In this document: positions 49,943 to 61,860 of the stretch, piece after piece
Layout of the letters: each line of letters starts with the position of its first letter
How positions within the stretch are numbered: the first letter of the stretch is position 1
Assembly (NCBI RefSeq): GCF_009834535.1
Contig: NC_045696.1
Span: 69,566,001 to 69,630,000 of the forward strand
DNA from: Camelus ferus
Taxonomy: Eukaryota
Reading direction: 5' to 3'
Length of the DNA: 64,000 nucleotides
The notes under the pieces: model-generated
The model's database searches: none
What the model was told of the DNA's origin: nothing
What the model saw: only the letters and a program-made list of their open reading frames with translations
Made by a program: the position numbers and the translations under genes

Positions 49943-51930
49943 CTAATTACCCACCACGGCACTTTTGATCTCCCGAGTTCTAGAGACTTATCTTTTTCAC
50001 CGCGATTAGAGTCATTCATATACAAACACCTCTTATCTCTCCTACTTGACTATGAGCTCTTGAGGACAGACTGTTTCTGTTATTTCTGTAACCTGCACAG
50101 TGCTTGGTTCATAGTTGGGGCTCAATGATTCTTTCTGAATGAATCAATGAACCAGTCAATATGGTCTATGTGGCTTAAGTGAGCCAGTAGGGGAGAACCA
50201 ACCACGTCGGTCCTGGGGGCTGAGGGTGCTGTCTTTGGTGGCTGGTCTTGTCTGATCCTGTCCCGTTGCCTCGGTTTCATTCCAAGGGAAATATTTGCTG
50301 TGCACAAATAAAACGTGAATATGTTCTAATCTGTTGCAAAGATACACAGAGCCTTCAGCCTGATGCTTAGCTCTCTGAGGGCACTTCAAAGAACTGTGAA
50401 AATAAAATGTCCGGGGTGGGAATAAGGAAAGCGTAACTCTTTCCTACCCAGAGAGAAGAGCAGGTGAAGCCGGGATGACATGCTCCCCCTTGAACATTTC
50501 TAAATAAAACCTCCTGGGGGGCCTGGCAGCATCCCAGACATGACAAGTGATCTCAAGATTTTCCTTCCTATGGTTCTACAGACACAGAAGTGCCAAGCCT
50601 GTGATCTGAAAACACACCGACACACTCACACTGGAAAATTTTCCTTGATGTCCGTGGTCTTCCAACGGAGAAATCTATCTCCCAGAAATGAGTGGGAGTT
50701 GAACCAAAGTTTGTGCAGCTCCCTGGCCCACAGAAGCTAGCCCTCTGCCCACCCAAGCATCACATGCTCTGTATCTGTGTGCCTACATTTTAGCAAACGT
50801 GCAGCATGGCTGGAGAAGTCAGAAAGATAAAAATTCCTAGTGGCAGAGAATTAGGAAGAGATCTTTGTATTTTGTTTGTTTCTTACTAAGGAATTCTTAG
50901 AAGTTCAGAACCTTCCATAATAAGCTGTCATCGGATACAGTTGTTTCCGAATACGGCCTCAGGTTTGATTGCAGGGTTTTCAAGCGTCTGACCAAGGAAT
51001 GCAATGTTTCAGCGTTCTCAGCCCAGTCCTGTCCCTGTTACAGGCAGGGGGCAGGGGCAGAGGAGGGAGGGGAAGCACAGTGTTGAACTATCAGTTATGG
51101 AAACCCAGTGTGAGCAAATTAAACCATTCATTAAATGGCCAAAGAGAGATCACTTAAGATCCCTGCAGTGGATTCTGAAAATATAACCCGGGACTCCCCC
51201 TTCATTTCCATGTTGTATGAGAATGAGTCTTCTGGGTTGGGCTGGCCTGAGGACAGATACATCTATTTACAATTCTGGATCAAGCACAAGCCTCAGCCAC
51301 TCCTCAGGGCACAAACTTAGCTGCCATTTCCTCACTCTTACATGTTCAAATCCTCTCAACCAACCGCAGGTGAGACATGATGGTGTCCTGATTCACCTCA
51401 CTTTGTAAATGGGGAATTTGAGGCTCAGAGAGGCCAAGCAACTTGCCTGAGATAGCCCAGCTAGAGTCAGAATTCTGACTTGCTGACCCCAAAGCTCCTT
51501 CCCAGGGGATTGCTTCCCCATGGGGGCCAGCCTACTCAGAAGCCAACGTCTGCTTATTCCTACCAGTTGTTATTCAAAGCAACCACTATTCTCTCCTCAT
51601 TAGATCCTCTGTCTTTTAACACATGTACTTTAAAAGCCACACAATACGAACCCAATCAATTCAAAAGACTTTTTGAAAACCTGTTTCCTTTGAAAAGTAT
51701 TTGTCTTTTAGATTCCCCCATTACAAAGTGGAATTGCCAAGACCTCTCTGATATGTTTACAACACCCCTGTGCTGAGTCTTACTGCCTCTCCCAGAAGCC
51801 AGATGGACACCTCTGGTGCAGCCCTCCCTTGGCCTGACAGCTGTCATTGTCAATGGGAAGGGGGCCTTTGATCCTCATCTGAAATACACAACAAAGTCTG
51901 GCCAGATCGCCAAGAGTCATACCTATACTT

Positions 51931-51941
51931 GCGCGCGCACA

Positions 51942-51975
<34 letters not shown>
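51931..51975. repeat. (GC)4 plus (AC)16 microsatellite
   Basis: GCGCGCGCACAG(AC)16, read directly. Confidence 0.93.
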
Positions 51976-51977
<2 letters not shown>

Positions 51978-52345
51978 TGTTTATTGTAGTGTTGTTTTTA
52001 ACCTCAAAAAATTGGGAACAGTCTAATATCAAACAGCAGGGAAACAATTAAGTAAATGATGCTATAGCCATAAGAAGGTATATTAGACAAACCTTAAAAA
52101 TGGAATTTATGAAGAATGTTTAATGCCCTGAGGGGCATGCCTATGATATAATGCTAGGCAAAATGCAAAGTTATATATTTAAAAATATATCTCCATTATG
52201 CAAAACAAAACAAAAAAGACAGGGAAGAAATATGTTTAAATGTTAACAGCATTCATTTCTAGGATTATGGGTGCTTGTTCATTTATTTTGAATTGTTTTT
52301 TTGTATTTTCCTAATTGTATATAATGATTTTATCATTTGAAATGC
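51976..52345 (+). mobile_element. Old L1 (L1ME-type) 3' fragment
   Basis: GATGTTTATTGTAGTGTTGTTT...AAAAATTGGGAACAGTCTAATATC, the L1 ORF2 C-terminal/3' UTR signature. Confidence 0.65.
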
Positions 52346-54229
52346 TTTTAAAACTTTTCAAAGATAAGATTCCCAGTTTGGGTGAATCAAGAAGACTGAT
52401 TTTAAAAATAATGAAAACAATTTTGGGGAAACTGCAAAAAATCAAGATTATTAAATATCTCAAAATTCTCTGATTAGAATTAGGCCATAAATTTAAAACT
52501 AAGTATCATGATAGATATGCATGCCTGCCAGTTGAAAAGAACAATTTCTACTTCGGATCCTACTCCGTTACAAGTAATAATGTACCAAGTCTTTTAAAAT
52601 AACAAATGTAACAGCGTGCAGGATTCTGTTACTTGTCAGCCGTGGACCTGGGTGGAAAACAAGCTTAAATTGACCTCTACCATTCATGGTCAGGCTTGAT
52701 GAAGGGCTTCTGGAAGAACTCCCTGGTGTGGGGGGAAGGGAGGCGGCGGGGACCAGCAAATGTGAACCTCCTTCCCAGCCTGGAGTGAGCTGAGTCACTT
52801 ACTGAAGGAATTTAGACCTCTGTTCCCCCTCCTCTTGGCCAGCTAGCAGAGGCAGAAAGCAGCAGCAGGATGATACGCTGGGTTGATTCCAATCATTCTG
52901 AGGCACTCCCCGCCAGTCGCCCATAGATAGTCTTCCCCAGGCTTCCTGTGGACTCAGTCCTGTTTATTTGCACTTTGGAATAATCCTGCCCAGGACAAGA
53001 AGGCAACTAATAAATGCTTTTTCTGATCCCCCCCACATCTTCTCATCTGGAATCTGCACTATTTTTCTCCCACCTCTCTGCTCTGATGTACTTCAAGCCA
53101 CCCTTGTAACAAATTAAATTTGTCTTCCCCCAAATTTCCCTCTCCACTTCTCCCTCCCCTACTCCAGAACTCACCTTGGCTCCCTCTTGCTCAAGGGCTC
53201 AGATCCAGATTCCTCAGCTCTCCAACGTCCAGTCCCTACCTAAGTCCCTCCAAACTTACCTTCCTCTGCCCTACAGCTTTCCCAATTCCCCCACGCTCCC
53301 TACCCCTCAGCATCCAGCCCAGCCCTCCCTTCTGGCAGGCTACACTTCAGTTGCCCTCAGAAGTCCCATCCAATGGAAAGAAATGTTCCTTTTCTACAAT
53401 AGAATAATGGAGTCTTGTCCAAATTATGCTCAAAGATACAATTTTTCCAATGTTAAGTTTTCTCCCATCAACTTTTGTTAAACCTTTGGCACCAGCAGCT
53501 CTATCTAGTGAGAGCCCACAGATGGCAAAGCGAAAAAACAAGTCCCTGGTGAAAATTCATGGAAAAGCCTCAGGAACAGCCCATCACGTGTCTTCAACAG
53601 CTTGTTTATTTCACAGACATGTGCTCATGATTGTGGTTTTATGCACAGGTAAAACAAATTCCCATTTTCTACTAATAAAATTGTTATCGGTTCATGTAAT
53701 AGAATTATATACCACATGCTTTTGTGATAGTTTAAAAAAAAAAACAACAACTCTGTATTCTGCTAAGAAAATTATGATTGCTGTGAGCCAGGACACCTGG
53801 GTGACTTTACAAACTACTGCTTCAGACACATTACACCCCTATTCCCCCAACACACCTCACACTCATGCACAGTTGTGTCTTTATCATGCTGTTCCACCTA
53901 TGATCTCTGAACCTCCCTCCATTCTGTAAGATCCCATTCAAACAGCACATCCTTTGTGAAGACTTTCTGCCCTTGGTTCTGAGATCCAACAGAACTCCTA
54001 TAGTTGCTTCAGAAATCAATGAAGAAGAAACACTAGACATCAGAGAAAAGTAGTTAGGAAGAAAACCCTAAGCTAAATCTACAATGAAGGAAATATTACA
54101 TTGAGAAGCAAAATGTTGGGAACTCCTTAATTTACCAGGGTCGAGGGGAATACTGAAAGAGTCGGCAGTGCTCATGAAAGGTTAACACCTATTGCCTGAA
54201 TTCACACGGACAAGCAGAGAGAGAGAAGA

Positions 54230-54635
54230 TGTATTACACTTTTACTCTATGCCAGACATTCTGCTAGGTGCTTTTTGAATATTGTATTTATTCTTCTTTG
54301 GAAATCTTAAGGTCTGCATTATTATCTCTATTCTACAAATGAGAAGAGTAAGGCTCAGAGAGATTGAATTTGCTCAAATTCACCCACTTAGCCAGTGGAA
54401 GAGCCATGAGGGAAACCCAGGTCCACAGCCAACACGTACCAGGCCCTGGACATTGCCACATACGCTCTCACTGAACAGTCCAACAACTCTGTGAAGCAGG
54501 AGTTATGAGTCCCATTTTTCGGACAGGAGACTGATGTGCACACAACTGAAATAGCTTGCCCATAGTCACATGGTTAGTAGTGACAGAGGTGAGCTAGGAA
54601 ATCGGGCTTTGGCTCCATATCTACCCGTGACTCAC
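54230..54635 (-). mobile_element. Two adjacent MIR fragments (reverse)
   Basis: ATTCTACAAATGAGAAGAGTAAGGCTCAGAGAG and CCCATTTTTCGGACAGGAGACTGA...TTGCCCATAGTCACATGG. Confidence 0.6.
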
Positions 54636-55392
54636 CATGCAAGGAGCATGGCTCTAACTTACTAACTGCAAGAGAAGGTGGTGAATCTGAGAAGCAGTGG
54701 GAGGTAGTTTAACCCACTGAAGATCTTTGAATAAATAAAGAACTGCTTCCAGACAGGCGTCTATAGAGCTATTACTATGTTACCATATGGATTACCTCGT
54801 TACCGTTTACATTTACAAGGTGTACACGTAGCTGTAAATGAATGTTGCCCACATTCCAGTTGGGATGTGTGGGTTGGAAAGGGTAAAACACGGGTCCCAT
54901 AATGAAACATTACATCTTGTCATTGAAGGCAGTTTAATACACAGGGAAGTAGAGGAAGACCATATTTAGATTTTGTGTTCTGCTGTGGCTGAGACAATCC
55001 TGTCAGCACAGGCCCTGAGGTCAGTTTTCAGGTTCCAGATGAACATTCCTAAGTGGGAAGGTCCAGATGAAACTCAGATAAATACCCAAAGCAATTAGGT
55101 TATGGAGGAGGGAGCAATAAGAGTGAGGAAAGATTTCAAAGGCAATTCAAGTCAAAGAGCATATGAAATCCTCCCAACCAGGATGCTACCTGGTGAAGAA
55201 AATTCCTCAGTGGTCAGGCTGAAATGCTGATCTTTCTTGGCTGCCTAAAGGAGACTGTCCGGGTGCCTGGGTTCTATCCCAGAAAGCTGGCCACACTTAG
55301 GAAGACCAGGCAGGCCCGAGGAGAAATGGAAAGTAGTTCTTCCAGTCTGTTCATGACTGCCAGCCCCATGGGGAAGGGGCACGTATTGGGGA

Positions 55393-55428
55393 GGGTTGAA
55401 TCAATCAATCTGGGTTGAATCAATCAAT
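55393..55428. repeat. 17-bp direct repeat (period 19)
   Basis: GGGTTGAATCAATCAAT at 55393-55409 and 55412-55428. Confidence 0.93.
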
Positions 55429-57083
55429 GAGGAGGTTGATTCCTCTCCTTCTCAACAAAGCCTGTATCTCCAACATGCAAATGGGAGATTTGGGCATTTT
55501 GATGCAGTGTAAATTGCTCTGGGTTGCTAAGGGCTGAGATGAGGCGGTAGGGTCCCACCAAGCTCCATGCCATCCCAAATCTGGCTGAAATGAAATACAG
55601 TGCCCTGGGGCCCCAGGTATTGCTGCTAAATGAAGCCTCTCCCTCAGCACACACCCTGAGCTACTGCAGAGCCAAGGTTCCTCGCTCCTCACTCCTCTCC
55701 CTCAATGGGGACAGGCAGAAGCAGGCCGTGCACAAAAACAAATCCACGAAGAGAGGGTAACTCAGCCACCCCTTTCTCAAGCACAGGGGTGTGCTGTGCA
55801 GTAGAGATCACTTACACATTCACATATTCATTCATCCTTTGGTGATCTCTTGCTAAGTGCCAGGTGCTATGTTTGGGGCGGGGTAATTCAGACAGGCATC
55901 CAAGAGGGTCCCTATAAGAGGAATTTGTCTGTGGGCAACACAGACTCAAGCACAATGTGATATGTGCTGGAATGGAGGGCACCACAGAGAGGATGATTTT
56001 GGAAGCAGTCTCTCTGTGACTTTTGGTTATTTTTTAAAGCAGCTATGAGATGTACACCACGATTCCAAACTGTGAATGGCCACCCTTCTAATGACTATGT
56101 AAGACCCCTGACATCCTGTTCCCAAATACCCATGCTAGCCCCCTCTCAGTCGTGTCTCCTCCTGGGTCGAACATCTACAGTTTAGCTACACATGATCAAC
56201 TTCCAGTCCCTGCACCTGCCAGCGACTGCCAGGCCTCCGTGTGTGTGTGCGCGCACGCGCGCTGTTCCCTCTGCCTGGAAGGCCCTTCCCCCCTAGCTCT
56301 GCCCAGTAAAGTTCTACTAATTAATCGTTCAAGGGTTGGCCCAAGTGTCAAGCCTCTCCGGGGCCTTCCTTGATCTTAACAGGAAGTACTCACTGCTCCT
56401 TCACTTGTACTCCCAGAACCCGTTTGCTGGCCTCGATTACGACACCTGTAAACATTGTATAATATCTATTTGTTCCTGTGTCTTTCACCCACCTCCCACC
56501 AGACAGGGAGCTCTTCTCGGACAAGCCCCACACTGAGGACACCAGGCTCTCGACAAACGTTTATGGAAGTGGAAATGAAATTTATGGCTGTGTAAACTCC
56601 CGCATGTCTTACCTTAATAAGGTAAGGGCCTATTAAAAGTGATAGCCCAGCCTCATCTAACAGGTGGGAAGGGCCACTTGCCTTCCATGGCCAAACACTC
56701 TCATTCACTGATCTTATTGCTGGGACTCTACAGCGCTATGGCGGGGGGGGGGGGGGGCAGGGGTCAGAAACAGTGAGGGTAAATCCAATTTGTGTTTTAA
56801 GGCTAGAATACATATGCTTAGATGTGATTCTCTAGGCCAAAGAATGTATCTAGAATGCTACCCAAGAAACTGGTGATCGTGTATAACTCTGGAGAATGGG
56901 CCACAGGCTAGAAGGTGACGTGGGGGCTTTCTTTTCCGTTTTCTACCTTTCTGTGATGTTGAGATTTTTGTCAGGCACCTTTTTTCAAAGAAATAAGACA
57001 TGAAAATGAATCCTGTGACTGTATCTTAAATGAACGATGAAAATGAGGTGGCTGTTTACCAAGGGACGCATATTAGAGTCTCA

Positions 57084-57570
57084 CTAGAATGTTCACAGCG
57101 ATGTCATTAATAATAGCAAAAACTGGAAATTGCCCAAATGTCCATTAAGAGTAAAATGGAAAAAATCAGTTGTAATATATTCATACAATGGGATACTACA
57201 CAGCAAAGAGAGGGAACAGAACACAAGTACACAGTGCAAAACAGATGACTTTTCCAAACATAATGCTGAGGAAAAGAAGCCAGATACAAAAGAGCAGGTA
57301 CTGTATGGCTCCACCTATACAATGTACAAAAACAGGCAAAATTGATTTGTGATGTTAGAGGCCAGGACAGTGGCCACCCTGATGGGGAGGGGGCGGGGGA
57401 ATTAGTGACTAGATGGGGGCATGAGGGGGCCTTTTGGGAGAGAAGAGCTGAAAATGTTTTGTAATCTGGGTCCTAGATGCACCGGGGTGCTTGCTCTGTG
57501 AAAACTCATCAAGCTTCTTAGGATTTGTGCACTTTCCTGTGTGTATGTTATACTTCAGTAAAAAGTAAAC
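57084..57570 (+). mobile_element. L1MC/L1ME-type 3' end
   Basis: AGAATGTTCACAGC...AATAGCAAAAACTGGAAATTGCCCAAATGTCCAT...ATTCATACAATGG...AAAAGAAGCCAGATACAAAAG...ATGTTATACTTCAGTAAAAA. Confidence 0.85.
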
Positions 57571-59259
57571 ACACAAAATAGGCCACAATTGAGATGCCTG
57601 AGCATTCCCTTCCATCCCTCTTAGGAGTCAGACCTTCAAGTCTCCTCAGTATCCAGCGAGGGCACAGGAGCAGGAGATGGGAACTAACCTGTGGTCCCTA
57701 ATGGCTTTATGAGCACCTGCGCCCCGCCCGAGGTAGAACCTCAGCACAGGAAGGAACAGGCAGAGCACCTGAGCACTTCCGCGATGCACAGCAGCCAGAG
57801 ATTTCCTAGGAGGAGATGCTGTTCTCATATTTTGCACATCTAGCCATGTAGCTGGGCTCTTCTCACAGGAGAGAATGCAGAAAAAGAGAAAGGATGAAGA
57901 GGTTTCTGGTTTAAATGCAAGCTGCCTTCGTCCCAGAGGTTAGGGGCCAGAGACAGACTATGAGCAAGAACCATGGTGGGGAAAGGTGAGCAGAGGCCAT
58001 CTACTTGTTTTTAAACACTCTGCTTGTTTGGCTTCAGGGGACAACAGGCGGGAAGACTGTCTTGGGGTGAAAGGGCAGGCTGGACGCCCCATTTGAGACC
58101 ATGTGGCAGAATCCACGGATGGATCACTTCACCCGCAGGCTCTGTTACCAGTGGGCAGAGTTGATCTTCCTTTTGTCCAACTCAAAATAAATACAGCCCT
58201 CTCCATAGGCTTGCCAGAGCCTCGGCGGGGGCGGGCACTTACAAGCCAAGCCAAGAGCTGAAAGAACCGCCCTCCTCACCACCCGCTCTCCAGCTGCCAC
58301 GCTGAAGCAGGCCCACGAGAGAATGCATGTTCCCGCCCCACCAGGCCCTCGGCCCGCTCTCCCAGGGGAGCTGTGGGCCGCTGCCAGAGCAAGTCCTCTC
58401 ACAGCTCGAGGTGGGCAAGTTCTAGGTTAGCCTGCTACTCAGACTTCGGGGGCTAGAGTCTAAGCTCATGGAAGCAAGGGTTAAGCCCTGGCCATATGAA
58501 ACTCTCCACTAAGGCCATAGAAGGAAGCAAAAAGAGGCTCTGAAAGGTCAAGAGAGATTTTGCCAAGTCTACACATTCAAGTTCATCCACTTCCTCATTG
58601 GAGAGGACCCTTTAGCTCTCACCCAGAACCCATGACGTCCATTTCAAACTCATTTGGTTTGCTGGGTTCTAAGCTGATGATGGATCAGAGGCAGAAAATG
58701 ACAGTGAACATGAGAGACAGCTGGAAAAGCATGCTCTTAATGTCTCAAGAAGTTCTGATTGATGACCTAACAATTTAAAGGAGCAGGAAAGCTCTAAAGA
58801 TCAGACACAGAATCCTCCTTCATGCAGGGAACTTTCATGGGCCTCAGGGGTGGAGCAGGAGGCTGGCAGGTGGCTGGCTGGAGGAACAGGCAGCTCTGCC
58901 CTGCATGACTGGACCAGAGGGCCCAGAAAGCTCGAGAGATGCTGCAGAGTCACCAGGATGCATTAAGATTCTGCTGAGGAGCTGGACTCCATTCTGAAGG
59001 CAGTAGGAAGCTATGGGAAGTTTCCAAAGATTTTTACCCTCTTGTTTAAGGTTTGGGGCTTAAGGAAGAAATTCCTCGGCTATCAGGAATCTAAATATGA
59101 CAGGGGCCTCCAGGTTTTCTTGACAGTGGATGTTTTATAAACTCTAAAAATTGAGAGTGAGGAGAAGGAGGTAGGAGAGAGGATGTTTGCAATCTCAGGA
59201 GATGAGCCAGAAGAGGAATAAGTCCCCCCTAGGCCAAGGGGTCAGAGGGTCAGCCTATT

Positions 59260-60175
59260 TGGTCAGAAGCCTGGTTTGTTCCTTCCTAACTGTAGAGCCT
59301 CAGACATGTTTAACCTCGCACTTTGACCCTCAGTTTTCACATCTGCAAAGGGGGTATTAGTACCACCCCCAACGAGGACTGGGAGTGCTAAAGGACGATG
59401 TGTGTGAAGTGTCCAGCACAGAGCCTGGCATCTAGGGGATGCTCAGCACAGGTAATTTCCATTCTCTTTCTAGAGTGGCCATAGTGGAGACAAATTCGAG
59501 CCGGCCCAGGATAGTAATTCAAAAGTCTGGCTGGAGTCACTGGAGCACGTTCCCAAGGAAGCACAGTGACTCTTGTGGGCATGGCAAGGAAGCCGTCAGA
59601 GCCCTAAAGGAGAGATGAGAGAAACCAACAGAGTGGGAGATCACAGGAACTGGGACCACCTAAATTGTTTCGGAGCAAGGACCCCGTTCAAGTTCTGCGC
59701 TGGGCTCCCGACTCCTACTCTTACTAGCTTTGTGTTCTTGAGCAAGTTACCTAACCTCTCTGTGCCTCAGTTTCATCGTCTTTAAAAAAGGGATGATAAT
59801 GGTATCTATGTTACATGGTTGTTGGGAGGATCAAGGGGGTTAGTATAAACAAAGCCCCTAAGTGGCCTGGCACAGAATAACGATCTTCCGGTTTTGGCTG
59901 TGGTCACTGAGCTGAGACAGCCCAGCAGAGTGGTTAATGGCCAGGCTCTGGAGGGGGCCTCTTGGGTACACTTTCCCTCTTACTGTGTGCTAGCCATATA
60001 GCGATTTGTGTAACCTTCCTGTACCTAAACTTCCTCATCTCTGAAAAGTGGAGGTGATAATAATAGCACCTCCCTCAGAGGGGTGTTGTTGGGACTAAAT
60101 GTGCTAATACATGTGAACTGTTTAGAAAAGTGTCTAGCTCATATTAAGCACTCAGTAAATGTCAGCTATTATTAC
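59260..60175 (+). mobile_element. Three consecutive MIR copies (about 59260-59460, 59680-59885 and 59915-60175)
   Basis: Three MIR cores: CCTCAGTTTTCACATCTGCAAA, CTCTCTGTGCCTCAGTTTCATCGTCT and CTTCCTCATCTCTGAAAAGTGG. Confidence 0.75.
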
Positions 60176-61239
60176 TCCCTGACTATGAAGAACCCTGAAG
60201 ACAATATGGCACCTATTTGTTTAAAGAGATATTGAATCTAAAAGATTTTCTTTTCTTGCCTTGGTTTTTAGGGTATTTATACCTGAATTTTACAAAGAAA
60301 GGTGTGCCAGCCAGACAGAATCCTTTATCACTTGATGACAAGAAAAACGTGGCTGTACCTTTTGGACGCTGTCCTCAAGTCCCTTCCTCCATAGCTGTAC
60401 AAAAATAGGAAGGGCCCCCTAGGGCCATGTAGCCCACTCCCCCACCTCCACTCCAGACAGGCTACACTCCCTGCAGCATTTCTACCAGAGGAATGGGAGG
60501 CATTGCCCCAATGTGAGGGACCAAGATAGTGATGCGGCCAATTTCCCACTGCCATCTTGTGATCAGCCCAAGGCAGGGTTACCTGCCTTATACTTGAACT
60601 TGCTTTTTGGATTTTAAGGGACAACTTCAAAAGCAGCCCCCTAAAGGAAAACAGAAGCTTTCAGGCTGAGGACAAGGGACTTGTTTTTCTATCTTTCCAT
60701 GTTGTTCCTCTGAAGATGTGCTGCAAATTGAAGAACAAGGGGCTAGTTCCCCTACTGTGATTAAGTGAGTTTTGCTACTGCCAGAGAACAAAGGCTAGAC
60801 TGACACTAGATGAATGTTCCAGAGGGCTGGTCTCTTTGTTATCTTTTCCAGCCTGGCTTCTCTCCTGGAGGAGAGGGAATGGTACCTTAGAATGTATGCT
60901 GGACAAATGCCCCGATGTAAGTGATGTTCTTAGGAGGAAAGACTCAATGTGCTAAACAAAGAACATCTAAAAACTTCTAAATACTTCAAGAAGACAGGGA
61001 GTGGGAAGGGGATGGGAGTGGCGGAGGTAAGTCACTAAGGAGAATCAAGAGAGAAGGAAGAGGTATAGAGAAAAGACATCATAAACACTTAACAGTGAGG
61101 AACCAACTCTGGGCTCAGGAGTGCATCTAGCAAGGTAGCTCATCACGAGTTGTACCCTCACATTTCACAGCAGAGCCAAGGTGCCTGGGCCCAGGCCCTG
61201 AACCCCCGTCCAACACAAGCTCCTAATTCTCAAGAGCCA

Positions 61240-61470
61240 TATTCTTAGAGCTGGAGCAATCCTCTGAATTCATCTATCCCATCCAGTGCAGTAGTCCCTC
61301 TGCACTAAATCTTTCTGCAGAAATGCCTCTTGTGACGGGAGACTCATTAGCAGCAGAATTCCTTCAATGGAGCAGGGCCACTCCAAACATCCCAAAGTCC
61401 TTCCTAACCCTACACTGAACTAAAAATCTGCCTCCCTATGACTTCAACCAGTTCTGCCCTCTACCATTCC
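61240..61470 (-). mobile_element. L3/CR1 3' fragment (reverse)
   Basis: TTCTTAGAGCTGGAGCAATCCTCTGAATTCATCTATCCC...GACGGGAGACTCATTA...TGAACTAAAAATCTGCCTCCC. Confidence 0.55.
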
Positions 61471-61509
61471 AGGTTCAAGTGATATTTCATGGTGGTTTTC
61501 TGAGCAACA

Positions 61510-61860
61510 GAGGCACATGCTAAGTCTCCACTTGTGGGCTCTGGAACCTGCCTGCCTTAGTGCTTATCCAGATTCAGCAACGTACAAGTTGTGCAACTAT
61601 TGCAAGTTACTTAATCTCTCTGTGCCTCCACTTCTCACCTATAAAATGCAGATATTAACAGTAGCAGGGGAAGAGGGTATAGCTTGGGAGTAGAGTGCAT
61701 GCTTGGCACTTAGTGCATGTAGGAAATCCTGGGTTCAATCCCCAGTACCTCCATTAAAAAAAAAAAAAAGAGTAGCGACCACTTCAGTACTATTATTACA
61801 AGGATTAAATGAGATAACCTATAGAGAATTGTATATGGCACAAACAGGTCATATATTAGC
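61510..61860 (+). mobile_element. MIR SINE interrupted by a younger SINE
   Basis: GCAAGTTACTTAATCTCTCTGTGCCTC...ATAAAATG before the insert and AGGATTAAATGAGATAA after it. Confidence 0.75.
61666..61767 (+). mobile_element. Camelid-type tRNA-derived SINE (short form)
   Basis: GAGGGTATAGCTTGGGAGTAGAGTGCATGCTT...CCTGGGTTCAATCCCCAGTACCTCCATT followed by poly-A. TSD AACAGTAGC / AAGAGTAGC at 61657-61665 and 61768-61776. Confidence 0.85.

Noticed and set aside
58560..58778. ORF weakly resembling CR1 RT (QRxxVN...SW...IDDL)
   Set aside because: At most a highly decayed L3/CR1 relic; too weak to call confidently and not an intact coding sequence.
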